64,000 nt of DNA. It comes from Candidatus Latescibacterota bacterium. Lineage in GTDB: Bacteria; Latescibacterota; UBA2968; UBA8231. The DNA is taken from contig OZ242214.1 in assembly GCA_965206595.1 (NCBI GenBank), forward strand, positions 768,001 to 832,000, in the 5' to 3' direction. The notes under the pieces are model-generated. The model ran no database searches, was not told the origin of the DNA, and saw only the letters and a program-made list of their open reading frames with translations. Position numbers and translations under genes: made by a program. Positions 53,903-63,450 of this stretch are shown here, in pieces. Each line of letters starts with the position of its first letter. Within the stretch, counting starts at the first letter, position 1.

Positions 53903-54211
53903 CTAATCACCTGCTCGGGATCTGGCGCGATGCCTTTCCCGGTGCTGGGCCCAAGCTGTCAGCACAATCAGAGGGGTGACAATCTCCACGCAGAGGGGGT
54001 GACAGGCGCTGATCCGCTCTCTCGACAAAGAACACTCGCCGCGATCTTCATCAGGAGATAAGCACTCTGTCCAGCCAGCTGTCGATTCCTGAATTATCTC
54101 TCTTGCAAAGGCCACATCCTCTTCCACCTGACGTGGATCGGGATGGGGTTCTTCGGGTTCTATCCGAGTACCATCGGGCTGCACGTTGATGATGATCTGA
54201 ATGGAAGCCAA
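53903..54211 (-). CDS. Hypothetical protein
   Basis: 102-aa ORF (TTG start) just downstream of repeat R1; no recognisable motif. Confidence 0.4.
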   Translation of the reverse strand: MASIQIIINVQPDGTRIEPEEPHPDPRQVEEDVAFAREIIQESTAGWTECLSPDEDRGECSLSRERISACHPLCVEIVTPLIVLTAWAQHRERHRARSRAGD

Positions 54212-54242
54212 AAGCTAACTTTCTGCCTTTCGTTACTATCCC

Positions 54243-54408
54243 GTATAAGTTCCTTTTTTTGACTCTCCTCAAGGCGGACAACGCACCGCCAGGGTCAGGC
54301 AGCTCCCGGAGGATCGTTTGCCCGTCCTTCGACCGAGCTCGCAGTACAGTCTGGTTGCCTGTCGGCACGTATCCGGATCAATCCGGGACCTGAGGACCGT
54401 TGAGGGCA
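54243..54408 (-). repeat. Repeat R1: putative IS91/ISCR oriIS end
   Basis: ~140-bp core shared with 56249-56389 and 60066-60202; minus-strand end gagtcaaaaaaaggaacttatac. Confidence 0.7.
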
Positions 54409-54411
54409 CAC

Positions 54412-54733
54412 CCCGCCGTACGCCCGGCGACGCCCAGCTCGTCGAGCACGGTCGGCACGATGTCGACGTGACCCAAAGAACCCGCACACCCAGCGATCGT
54501 CGAGCAGATCGGTCAGGCAGGGATGTGGTCGTGCATGGGATGGCCGAGAAGCGTGAGGTGTGGCGCCACTTCTCGTCCAGCTGGAAACCGACCCGGCCGG
54601 GAGGGACGCGGCCGGAGGTCAGCTCGTCCGTGCGCCGGCTGAGCGAGTCCAGCTCCCCGGCGCTCATCACCGCGCCGAGCGGCAGGTAGCCGTCGGCATG
54701 GAATCGATCGAGCTGTTCGCCGGTGAGCGCCAT
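54412..54733 (-). pseudogene. Fused fragments: PhyH N-terminus and sulfatase-like fragment
   Basis: MALTGEQLDRFHADGYLPLG... (54733-54540) and GHVDIVPTVLDELGV (~54475-54425). Confidence 0.45.
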
Positions 54734-54814
54734 CGGTCTACTCCTCGACCGGGGCGCCGCGGTCGCGGGCCCGGGGCGCCAAGACACCGTGCCAGGAATG
54801 GCTGCGTCGGCCCC

Positions 54815-55453
54815 TCAGACCGTGATCCGGATCCCGGCCCGTTCACCGGCGACGCGCACGTCCTCCAGAAACGACGCATCGGAACCACCGGCCCGAACCG
54901 CTACGATTTCGAGGTCCGCTTCGGCCACACGGTCGCCGAAAAGAATGAGAACGTCATCGGGGTCGCACTGGTTCGAGGTCCAGATCAGCCCTTCTACATC
55001 CGGGAACTGACCATGGATCGCCCGGGCCCACTCTGCCGTCCGGCCGTAGCAGGTCGGCGGGCTGGCTACCAGGTCCGCCCGGGCGACGTTCCACTTCCCG
55101 AGGTCTGCAGCGCGCAGATTGGCCAAGCGGATGGCGCGCCGCAGTTGAAGCGTGCCGTGCGACCGGCGGTCGATCTGGTATCTCGGCACGGTCTTGCGCT
55201 CCGCCTCGGCTGGCACGTCATGGAAGACCGTCTCGTAGATGGCCGAAACGAGTGTCCTGCCGGCGTACAGGGAAGGAACGCACCGCCCATTGCTGTCCCG
55301 GATGGGGGCAAAGCGTGTGGGGCCGCCCAGGCAGGGGTTGAAGGCATTCGGGGCGAGCCTCCGGTCGTGGACACGATGCAACAGCGCCCCGGCCTCGAGC
55401 ACGGTGAGATTGGGTTTCGCCAGGACGGCCGGGGGGCTCGGGAGGGACTCCAC
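54815..55453 (-). CDS. RES-domain toxin (NAD+ phosphorylase family)
   Basis: LHRVH, FNP, TRFAP, LYAG..SAIYETVFHD, GLIWTS, LFGDR. Confidence 0.85.
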   Translation of the reverse strand: MESLPSPPAVLAKPNLTVLEAGALLHRVHDRRLAPNAFNPCLGGPTRFAPIRDSNGRCVPSLYAGRTLVSAIYETVFHDVPAEAERKTVPRYQIDRRSHGTLQLRRAIRLANLRAADLGKWNVARADLVASPPTCYGRTAEWARAIHGQFPDVEGLIWTSNQCDPDDVLILFGDRVAEADLEIVAVRAGGSDASFLEDVRVAGERAGIRITV

Positions 55454-55463
55454 GGCCGGCCCC

Positions 55464-56135
55464 TTATCCGAACGCGGGTTGGGCGAGTCGCCTGGCGGCC
55501 TGGACTACCTGATCGCCGTCATCCAGTCGCTGCTGCGGTTCGGCGCCGTCGAGCCAGCCATTTCCGGAGGCGAACCACAGCGCCGTCTGCCATGCTGTCG
55601 TCCCTTTGGGGAGGGCGGCGAGTATGTCCTTGATCACGGGACGCGGCGCCCCGTCCTGGAATTGAAACGCGGGGTAGCGGTCGATGCCCTGGCAGCGCAC
55701 CGCGAAGATCCTGCCTTCCCGTTTCCAGCGCGATGCCGGTTCGCTCTTGTTGCGCGGCCTGAGGTCCGACGCGGCACGGACTTCCGCCGCCGTCAATACC
55801 GAAGTTTTCTCCAGGTAGTCGGCACGAAGCTGGACGTTGTCGATCTCGAGGTCGGTCTCGACATCGGCATGAGGAGCACGCGACAGCAGGAAATCGACCA
55901 ACTGCTCGATATTGCGCTCGCTGAGATTGCGGGCGCTTTCCGCCCCCTTCATTGCCAGGACCCGGATCACGTGATCGGCCAGCCTGGCAAGCTGTCGGTC
56001 CGCAGTGCCGAGAAGAATCCACTCGTCCGCCGACTCGAACCTGGCGCCGAACCTCTCTTTGAGCCTCGCCGGCAGCTCCTCGACCTCGTCGGACCGGAGA
56101 TGGAGAAAGGAGAGTTTTGCATGCTGGCTGGCCAT
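55464..56135 (-). CDS. Xre/MbcA/ParS-like antitoxin
   Basis: SRWKREGRIFAV, YPAFQF, WQTALWF..NGWLDGAEP; directly upstream of RES toxin. Confidence 0.8.
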   Translation of the reverse strand: MASQHAKLSFLHLRSDEVEELPARLKERFGARFESADEWILLGTADRQLARLADHVIRVLAMKGAESARNLSERNIEQLVDFLLSRAPHADVETDLEIDNVQLRADYLEKTSVLTAAEVRAASDLRPRNKSEPASRWKREGRIFAVRCQGIDRYPAFQFQDGAPRPVIKDILAALPKGTTAWQTALWFASGNGWLDGAEPQQRLDDGDQVVQAARRLAQPAFG

Positions 56136-56146
56136 ACCGCCACCTT

Positions 56147-56226
56147 TCATGATATTCATGACTAGTGACGAAAGTATTCTATCTCATGCCCTGGTGCAAC
56201 ATCGAGGTCTGCACGATATCTCGTGC
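56147..56226. promoter_or_regulatory. Putative TA operator palindromes
   Basis: tcatga-tat-tcatga (56147-56161) and gcacga-tatc-tcgtgc (56211-56226) upstream of the antitoxin. Confidence 0.4.
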
Positions 56227-56248
56227 CCTCAGCAGTTCATCACGGCGT

Positions 56249-56389
56249 AAGGCGGACAGCGCACCGCCAGGGTCAGGCAACTCCCCTGAGGATCGTTTTG
56301 CCAATCCTTCGACCGAGCTCGCAGTACAGTTTGGTTGCCTGTCGGCCCGTATCCGGATCAATCCGGGGCCTGAGGGACCGTTGAGGGCA
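56249..56389 (-). repeat. Repeat R2: putative IS91/ISCR oriIS end (terminus missing)
   Basis: Same core; directly abuts an IS91 transposase fragment. Confidence 0.7.
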
Positions 56390-56391
56390 GC

Positions 56392-56705
56392 ATGGTCGCC
56401 ACCGCAGCCGATGGCCGCAGGACGCAGCGCTCGCCGCGCCGTCCGCCGCCGACGGCTCGGCAACCGGCTTGGCGGGCACGATGCGGTCGCGGGTCCGGGC
56501 CCGGATCGCCAGGACACCTTGGTAGCGCAGGAGATGAAACCGGGGCGGGGGAACCAGAGCCGCCAGCTTCTCCAGCAGTTCCATCGGAGACAGCAGGAGA
56601 TGGCTGGTCCCATCCGACCACGGCGTTTTGAGCGCGAAGGAAAGATGGTCGGCATCGAGAATGCGCAGACGCCCTCCCGCCAGGGCCGGCCGGGCCACGT
56701 AGCGG
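56392..56705 (-). mobile_element. IS91-family (Y2) transposase internal fragment
   Basis: CRYVARPAL..RL..LKTPWSDGT..LSPMELLEKLAALVPPPRFHLLRYQGVLA..RLRW. Confidence 0.85.
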
Positions 56706-56965
56706 CAGTCTGGACGCTCGCTTTCGACGCGCTCTCCCGGGCCGAAGCGGTCACCTTCGTAGGCTATTCCTTTCCCCCCACCGACGCCGCCGCCCGCGTC
56801 CTGTTCGCGAAGCACTTCGCGACCTCCCTGCCGCCAACATCACGGTCGTCGGGCTGGAACGCACCGACCAAGGCCAACGAGAACTCAAGGCGAGGTACCG
56901 GGACTTGCTTGGCAACCTCCCCGACCACTCGTTCTTCCTCGACGGAGCCCTGCCGTGGGGACCCG
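56703..56965 (+). pseudogene. SIR2-like domain protein, C-terminal fragment
   Basis: VWTLAFDALSRAEAVTFVGYSFPPTD; GYSFPxTD is typical of defence-associated SIR2-like domains; frameshift near 56808. Confidence 0.55.
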
Positions 56966-57080
56966 CGCCCTCACCGCCGACCAGTCCCAGCATCCCGCCA
57001 CGGGTCCATGACCGCCCCACCCGGGATCACCATCCCCGCCCCACGTCCTCCCCTGACCGCCGCGCAACCCCGAGAAACGC

Positions 57081-57668
57081 CTACGAGCCGGGAGCTCCCA
57101 GCCCGGCACGGGGGCCGGACTGCCGTCTCACGATCCGCGCCATCGCCATCACGGCTTGTCGTGCGTCCCTCTCAAGTACCTCTTGCGGCAGCGCATTTTC
57201 GCCCACGCTACGTGCCGTCAACGTTGTCTCGCTCAGAGGCGCCCGGAAATGCGCGTGCGAATTCCTCAACTCGGCAAGCTCTCGGTACGTACACCACTCC
57301 TCCCCGGACAGCCACCCGTCCTCATTCGCTTTCTCGAGCACGGCGCGCAAGGGTGCTTTCTTTGCCGGCTCCCAGCCGGCCGCGTAGAGCTGCGCCGCCA
57401 GCTCGCGTTCCACATACGCAAGACACAGCAGCACGACCGCGAGGTCCGAGCCGTCCAGATAACAGCGCCTCACCTCGTCGAAGCAGATCGACGACTCGAT
57501 CCCCGCCATGTAGCTGATCCCGTCCTGCGGGACGGGCATGATGCCGAGCAGGTCCTGCAGCCGTTGGGCGCGCCGCGCGCGTCCCTTGGCGTCGTCGGCT
57601 TCAAGCCACCGCGTCAGTTCCTCGATGTCCCGAGTGCCTTCATCCCCGGCCATGCCTTCCGTCCTCAC
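57081..57668 (-). CDS. HEPN-like (DUF4145-type) protein
   Basis: FDEVRRCY..AVVLLC..VEREL and LRNSHAH (RxxxxH); GTG start overlaps the methylase stop (alternative ATG 57653). Confidence 0.65.
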   Translation of the reverse strand: MRTEGMAGDEGTRDIEELTRWLEADDAKGRARRAQRLQDLLGIMPVPQDGISYMAGIESSICFDEVRRCYLDGSDLAVVLLCLAYVERELAAQLYAAGWEPAKKAPLRAVLEKANEDGWLSGEEWCTYRELAELRNSHAHFRAPLSETTLTARSVGENALPQEVLERDARQAVMAMARIVRRQSGPRAGLGAPGS

Positions 57669-58581
57669 TCCCCCGCCGCCTCGTCAGCCGCCGTAGGCGG
57701 GGCACCACCCCGCATCGGCGTCACCAAGTCCGGGACCACCATGCCCTTGCTGAAAAACATGACCTCCCGCCCGCGGGCCCGCCGCCGCGCGCTGTATCCG
57801 ATCGAGTACTCCAGCCGCGCCGCTGGCTCGTAGAGGCTGCGTATGTCTTCGTCGTCGTCGTACGAGACGATCCACGGCGCGCTTCTCAACTCGACGAGCA
57901 GTTCCGCCACATCCGCATGATCGTCGGGCCCATAAGCGTCGTAGTAGAGCATGCGGCCCTTCTCGAAGTAGGCGGATCCACGTAGATCAGGTCCTTCACC
58001 CCGAAGGAGTCCCACCGCTCGCGAAAAAACGCGACCGCGTCCATGCAGCTCACCTCGATGCGACCGGCGCATTCTGCGACCTTGGCGATGCGGCGGGTTA
58101 GGTCTTCCCGGTTGAACCGCGCGTCCATGCACCACTTGGCATCCTGCTTTCGTCCCCCGATCAAACCGCCGTTCAGGATCCCCGAACGGTTCGTCCGGTT
58201 CAGGTAGAAGCACGAGAACCCCACGTCGAGCGTTGACGAGTCCTCCGGTCGGGCGAACACGGCCTTCTGCCGGTCCCATTCCTCGACCGTCAGCGGTGCC
58301 TCCCGAATCCGCCCGCAGAGCTCGTCGGTGTGCCGAAGGACGCACGTCCAGAACGCGCTCACGTGCGGGCTGATGTCGTTGACGACCACCCGCCGCACCA
58401 CCCCCGTGACCAGCAGCTCGCAGGCGATGCCAGCCCCGCCCGCGTAGGGCTCGATGTACCGCCCGTCGGAAAGGCCGTTCGCCCGAACCACCGCGGCCAT
58501 GAACTTGGCGAGCTTGCCTTTGCCGCCCGGATACCGCAGGGGGGAATACCGGCCGGTAGGCCCGATCCCTGCCCCCGGCAT
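57665..58581 (-). CDS. Dam-like (D12 class) N6-adenine DNA methyltransferase; 1-nt frameshift at ~57975
   Basis: SPLRYPGGK, EPYAGGAG, FYLNRTNRSG, YVDPP|YFEKG, WIVSYDD; ATG overlaps upstream TAA. Confidence 0.88.
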
Positions 58582-59956
58582 TACACGCTTCCGTACGTCG
58601 CGATCAGCAGCGGCAGGGACCCCTCCCATCCCGCCCTCAGATCGTCCGCGCTCGGCAGTTCGTACCTGTTGTGGACGAACCCGTTCAGCGACTGGATGGA
58701 ACACGTCGACGTCTTGACCAACAGGCGGTTCCGGAACGCCCGCAAGTCCTTTGCGCTCACCTTCTTCTTCGATCTCAGGTCCTCGACCACGTCCGTCGCC
58801 TTCCTGGTGAGGTCGAACTCCCTCTCCCCGCCTTGTGGCCCCAGCGGCAGGTTGTTCGCCTTCATGTAGTCGTTGACCGCGAGCTCGACCACGGCGCGCA
58901 GTACGAAGGCCGCGGACAGGGGAAGCCTCTCGATGTTCAGCGATGCCGCTTCGCCCACCAGCATGCCAAGCTTCGTCGAGCTGCTCACGTCGAACGGGTG
59001 CGTCTTCGGCGCCAGCATCTTGCGCTTTCCCGGCGCTTTCTTCCGCCCCGGTGGCTTTCTTCGCGAAGTCGGGGGGCTCCCCGCGAGGCTGGTGTCGCGA
59101 AACGCCTTCGGCTTCGCGGCCCCCGACTCATCACCCGGTTTCAACTCCGGCGGTAGCTCGGCGAAGTACCTTTCGATGTCCGTTGCCCGGTTCAATCGCC
59201 TGGAGTCCACGTCGCCCGACAAGATGTCGTCGACGATCCGGCGCAGCACGGCCAGCGCCCACTTCGGGTCCGTTCCCAGAACCGGCGTCTTGCGCTCGCC
59301 GTCCATCTTCGCCGAAATCCCAAGGTGTACCTGGCCGGAGGCCGACTCCAGCAATCTCGTCAAGTTCGTCGACTTGCCGCCGCCAAGCGCCGCGTGCGCC
59401 TTGTCCCACTCCGTCTTCGAGTACCCCGCGTTCCTGCCCACGAACTCGATCACGTCGATCGTCGTGTAGTCGTTCGAGAACCGTTGGATGTCGAGCGGCT
59501 TCCATCTGATCCGGCCCTCCCCACCGGCGACACCCGTGTGCCGTCGCCTTATCCAGTCGTTCGCCTCCTCGCGGTCGTCGAACCAAACGTAGCGGATTGG
59601 TTCCACGTCGGCCCGGGCGAACCCCGTCGCCTCCCTAACAAGCGGCTTCGTTATCGACTCGGGGAGATCCGTACCCGCCAGGAGATCGGGATTGGTCAAC
59701 ACCTTCAACGCCGATAGACGGCGGTTCCCCTCAAGGACGAGGAATCCTCCTCGTTATCCTCCGATCTAATGACGTACAGGCTGTCGCCGGGATCGAGACC
59801 GTCGTCCCTGATACTCGCCATGAGATTTCCGAAGTGCTCCGGATTCAGCTCAACGATTCCGGCGAGCGCCTCCGATTGCGACCACGTCACGCCTAGGCGT
59901 GGGTTTTCCAGGTCCAGCAGCAAATCGTCAATTTTAAGTTCAAATTGCTCGGTCAT
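58581..59956 (-). CDS. ParB/Srx-like N-terminal domain protein with HEPN-like C-terminus; 1-nt frameshift at ~59745
   Basis: LLLDLENPR, VLEGNRRLSALK, IRRRHTG..GEGRIRW; C-terminal AFVLRAVVELAV..LNGFVHN. Confidence 0.75.
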
Positions 59957-60033
59957 CTTCTTCTTCGCTCCGCGACTTCCGTTCCGAATGTCCGTATCCG
60001 TCAAGTCACCTCGGCCCCATCCGCCAGCCAAAA

Positions 60034-60202
60034 GTATAGGTAAAATGGGGCACCTTTTTGGACTCAAGGCGGCCAGCGCACCGCAAGGCCTGCCAACTCC
60101 CCTGAGGATCGTTGGCAGGTCTCCGACCGAGCTCGCAGTACAGTCTGGTTGCCTGTCCGCCCGTATCCGGATCAATCCGGACCTGAGGGACCGTTGAGGG
60201 CA
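60034..60202 (-). repeat. Repeat R3: putative IS91/ISCR oriIS end
   Basis: Begins 45 nt after the IS91 transposase stop; minus-strand end gagtccaaaaaggtgccccattttacctatac. Confidence 0.75.
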
Positions 60203-60247
60203 CCCCCAGCCGTCCGCCCGGCGACGGCGACGGGTCGAGATGGAAGG

Positions 60248-60522
60248 TCAGGCGGCGAACTCGAACAGCGGCTCAGGCGGGGCCCTCGGCGGGGGCATCG
60301 CCGGCAGCCCTACTCCCTCCAGCCCGTGCGTGCCCCGGTGGCGATGAGCCCTCGCACCGAAGCGGTGAGAGCCGCCAACACGAGCTCCTCGTCGGCGAGC
60401 GGATCGGCGGCGGTGTCGTCGAGCAGGCCGCGTTTCGTGAACAAGCGGATGATGCGGCTCGCACTCGTCTCCACGATCTGCTGCACGGCTTGGTCGGACA
60501 ACGGCGGGACCGCTTCCGTCAC
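60248..60522 (-). mobile_element. IS91-family transposase remnant (mid-region joined to C-terminal tail)
   Basis: PPLSDQAVQQIVE..RIIRLF.KRGLL..ASVRGLIATGAR, then LPAMPPPRAPPEPLFEFAA*. Confidence 0.65.
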
Positions 60523-60898
60523 GAATACAACCAGGAACGGCCGCACGATGCCCTGCAGTAACGACCTTCGGTCGAGTTCTACCAGACCTCCCGCGTCCTT
60601 TTCCCAGAAAGCTGCCGCCCCTACACTACCCGGCCCACTGGGAGGTACGGCTCGTCAGCAGCAACGGAGGCATTCGCTGGAAAACCCAACGCGTAGCCGT
60701 CAGTCACGCCCTGCGTCAACACCCCATCGGCTTGGAACTCATTGACGACGGGGTCTGGGGAGTGAGGTTTGGTCCCCTCAGACTGGGTCGCATGGATGAA
60801 CGACAGCTCACCATTACCGACATGTCGTCTAAAACCGTTCGTCGGAAACTGTAAACCATGTTCCCGGACTATTCTGTAAGGATGTACCCGACCGCTCA
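60523..60898 (+). mobile_element. IS481-family remnant (transposase C-terminus and right end)
   Basis: EYNQERPHDAL..EVRLVSSNGGIRWK..VSHAL..IGLE..WGVRFG; end tgtaaaccatgttcccgg..tgtaaggatgtacccgaccgctca. Confidence 0.7.
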
Positions 60899-60996
60899 GC
60901 ATATAATTCGGACCTAATCATAACCATTTCCAGTTTAATGAAGTCGGATTTCAATATTGGTTGGTGGAGATTTCATAAAATCAACTAAGTCAGCTA

Positions 60997-61994
60997 GTGT
61001 CCTGTCGTGTAATTAACTGTACAAACAATTGAAGGTGCCGTAGGTTTCTCTTATCCCCCTTCTGAAAGGAGAGACCTATGGTGACGGGGCGTCCATTACC
61101 GCCGTTAGAGCTGAGTCCGTCGGACCGGGAACGATTGGAATCGATGGCCAAATCCCGGAGCCTTTCCCACGGGTTGGTGCGGCGAGCCGAGATTAGTCTG
61201 CTGGCCGCAGAAGGCGGGCCCAATGAAGCCGTCGCCGCCGCCGTGGGTGTGACGCGTGCTACGGTCGGCAAGTGGCGCCGGCGCTTTCTCGAAAACGGGC
61301 TCCAGGGCTTGCATATGGTTTGCAGCCCCATCGACACAAGCACTTCACGCTTTCCACCGATCCTTTCTTTGTCGACAAAGTACGGGATATCGTCGGCTTA
61401 TACCTGAATCCCCCCGAGCACGCCCTGGTGCTGTGCGTCGACGAGAAGAGCCCGATCCAGGCGTTGGAACGAAGTCAGCCCATGCTGCCCCTGGGACTGG
61501 GATACGTGGAAGGGGTACCGCACGACTACAAGCGCCATGGCACCACCACCCTGTTCGCCGCACTGGACGTAGCCACCGGGGAAGTGATGACCCAGTGCAA
61601 GCCCCGTCATCGTCACCAGGAGTTCCTTCAGTTCCTGCGCCACATCGAGGCCCACGTCCCCGCTGACCTCGATATTCATCTCGTCGTCGACAACTACGCC
61701 ACGCATAAGCATGCCAAGGTCAAGCGATGGTTGGCACGGCGTCCCCGATTTCACGTTCACTACACCCCCCACCTATGCTTCGTGGCTCAATCAGGTGGAG
61801 ATCTGGTTCAATATCCTTACCCGCCAGGCGGTTCGGCGCGATTCGTTCCGCAAGGTGTCGGAGCTCATCGAGCGCATCGAACGCTACACGGCAAATGGAA
61901 CGCCAACGCACACCCTTTCGTGTGGACGGCTACGGCTGATTCCATCCTCGCGAAAATCAAGAGACTTTGCGAACGAATCTCTGCGACACAACAC
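60997..61994 (+). mobile_element. IS630-family insertion sequence (copy 2, degenerate: ~170-bp internal deletion and frameshifts)
   Basis: Homologous to 15484-16650; TA flanks in CTAG context; transposase split over ORFs 61078-61407, 61272-61997 and 61711-62031. Confidence 0.9.
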
Positions 61995-62005
61995 TAGATA
62001 TAATG

Positions 62006-63450
62006 GGCTCCTCTGGAGAATCTGTGGGTGAGGAGGGGAGGCTGCGGCGATGGGAATAGAGGAGGCCAGGTAGCCCAGGCGCATCATCCCCCGGTATGTT
62101 GGGACAGTCCACCAAGACGGAACCCAACTACCTGTGGAGGGAATGATGCGCCTGATCACGGTACTAAACCGGTGCACGACCTTCAAGCGGTTTGTGTTTG
62201 AGGGCAGTCATTTTGACCGGCACGGAAGGATAATGGTGAGGATCAGGCCACGGAAAAACTCCCGGGGCGCGTGCAGCGGCTGCGGTCACTTGGCCCCCAC
62301 CTATGACACGGCCCCCGAGGCCCGGCTGTTCGAGTTTGTTCCCCTCTGGGGGTTTCCGGTCTTTCTGGTGTATCGCATGCGCCGGGTTGCCTGCAAAGCC
62401 TGCGGCCGGGTGGTCGTCGAGAAGGTCCCCTGGAGCACGGGCAAGCACCACCTGACCGACCTCTACCGCTGCTTCCTGGCCCAGGGGGCCAAAAAACTGT
62501 CGTGGATCGAGGTGGCGCGTTCCTTCCGGACCCGTTGGGACAAGGTCTACCACTCCGTCCAGTACGTCGTGGACTATGGGCTCGCTCATCGCTGCCTCGA
62601 CCAGGTCACGGCCCTCGGCGTGGATGAAATCCAGTATCGTAAGGGGCCTCATTATCTGACGTTGCTGTACCAGATCGACCCCCACCGCCGCCGCCTGTTG
62701 TGGATGGGCGAGAAGCGGACGAAGAAGGCCTTGAACGACGGCTTTACCGAACGGGAGCAGGAGCACCGGCGCAAGCAGGAAGCCGACGGCGAGCAGGAGC
62801 CGACCCGTTTCCTCGACCAGATTACCGTCATCTGCTCTGATATCTGGAAAGCCTACCTCGACGTTATCAGCAAGCGGCTCCCCACCGCGGTACCTATTCT
62901 CGACCGTTTTCACCTCATGCAGCACTTCAGCAAGGCCCTCGACAAAGTCCGTGCCGAAGAGGCCCGCAGACTCAAAGAACAGGGCCAGGATCCGGTCCTG
63001 AGCAAGAGCCGCTGGTGCTTCCTGAAGCGCAAGGAGAACCTCAGCGACTTCCCCCAAGGCTTGAAGCTGTCGGAGCTATTGAAGATGAACCTGCGGACGG
63101 TCAGAGCCTACCTGCTCAAGGAGGACTTCCAGCGCTTCTGGGACTACACCTACTCCGCGTGGGCTGAGAAGTTCCTCCAGCGCGGGTGTTTCCGTACGAT
63201 GAGAAGCAACATCGAACCGATGAAAGACATCGCCGGAATGCTGCGGCGTCACCAAGAGCTCATCCTCAATTGGTTCAGGGCCAGGAAGCAGTTCAACAAC
63301 GGCATGGTCGAGGGCTTGAGCCTGAAATGGAATCTGACAGGGAGAAAAGCATTCGGATGCCGCACCTTCAAGGCACTCCAAATCGCTTCATTCCATCAGC
63401 TCGGCGATTTACCCGAGCCACAATTCACCCACGAATTCTACTGACGAGCC
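62006..63450 (+). mobile_element. ISL3-family insertion sequence
   Basis: IRs ggctcctctggagaat / attctactgacgagcc; no target duplication. Confidence 0.88.
62143..63444 (+). CDS. ISL3 transposase
   Basis: CSGC..CKAC zinc finger, LGVDE, CSDIW, LDRFH, AYLLKE, NGMVEG. Confidence 0.88.
   Translation: MMRLITVLNRCTTFKRFVFEGSHFDRHGRIMVRIRPRKNSRGACSGCGHLAPTYDTAPEARLFEFVPLWGFPVFLVYRMRRVACKACGRVVVEKVPWSTGKHHLTDLYRCFLAQGAKKLSWIEVARSFRTRWDKVYHSVQYVVDYGLAHRCLDQVTALGVDEIQYRKGPHYLTLLYQIDPHRRRLLWMGEKRTKKALNDGFTEREQEHRRKQEADGEQEPTRFLDQITVICSDIWKAYLDVISKRLPTAVPILDRFHLMQHFSKALDKVRAEEARRLKEQGQDPVLSKSRWCFLKRKENLSDFPQGLKLSELLKMNLRTVRAYLLKEDFQRFWDYTYSAWAEKFLQRGCFRTMRSNIEPMKDIAGMLRRHQELILNWFRARKQFNNGMVEGLSLKWNLTGRKAFGCRTFKALQIASFHQLGDLPEPQFTHEFY

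Noticed and set aside
54271-60202. Three-copy repeat as CRISPR, attC, TPP riboswitch, SRP RNA or tRNA
   Set aside because: Too long and too widely spaced for CRISPR; no RYYYAAC/GTTRRRY ends; only short chance matches to TPP (tgatccggata) and SRP (caggtccgga); no cloverleaf.
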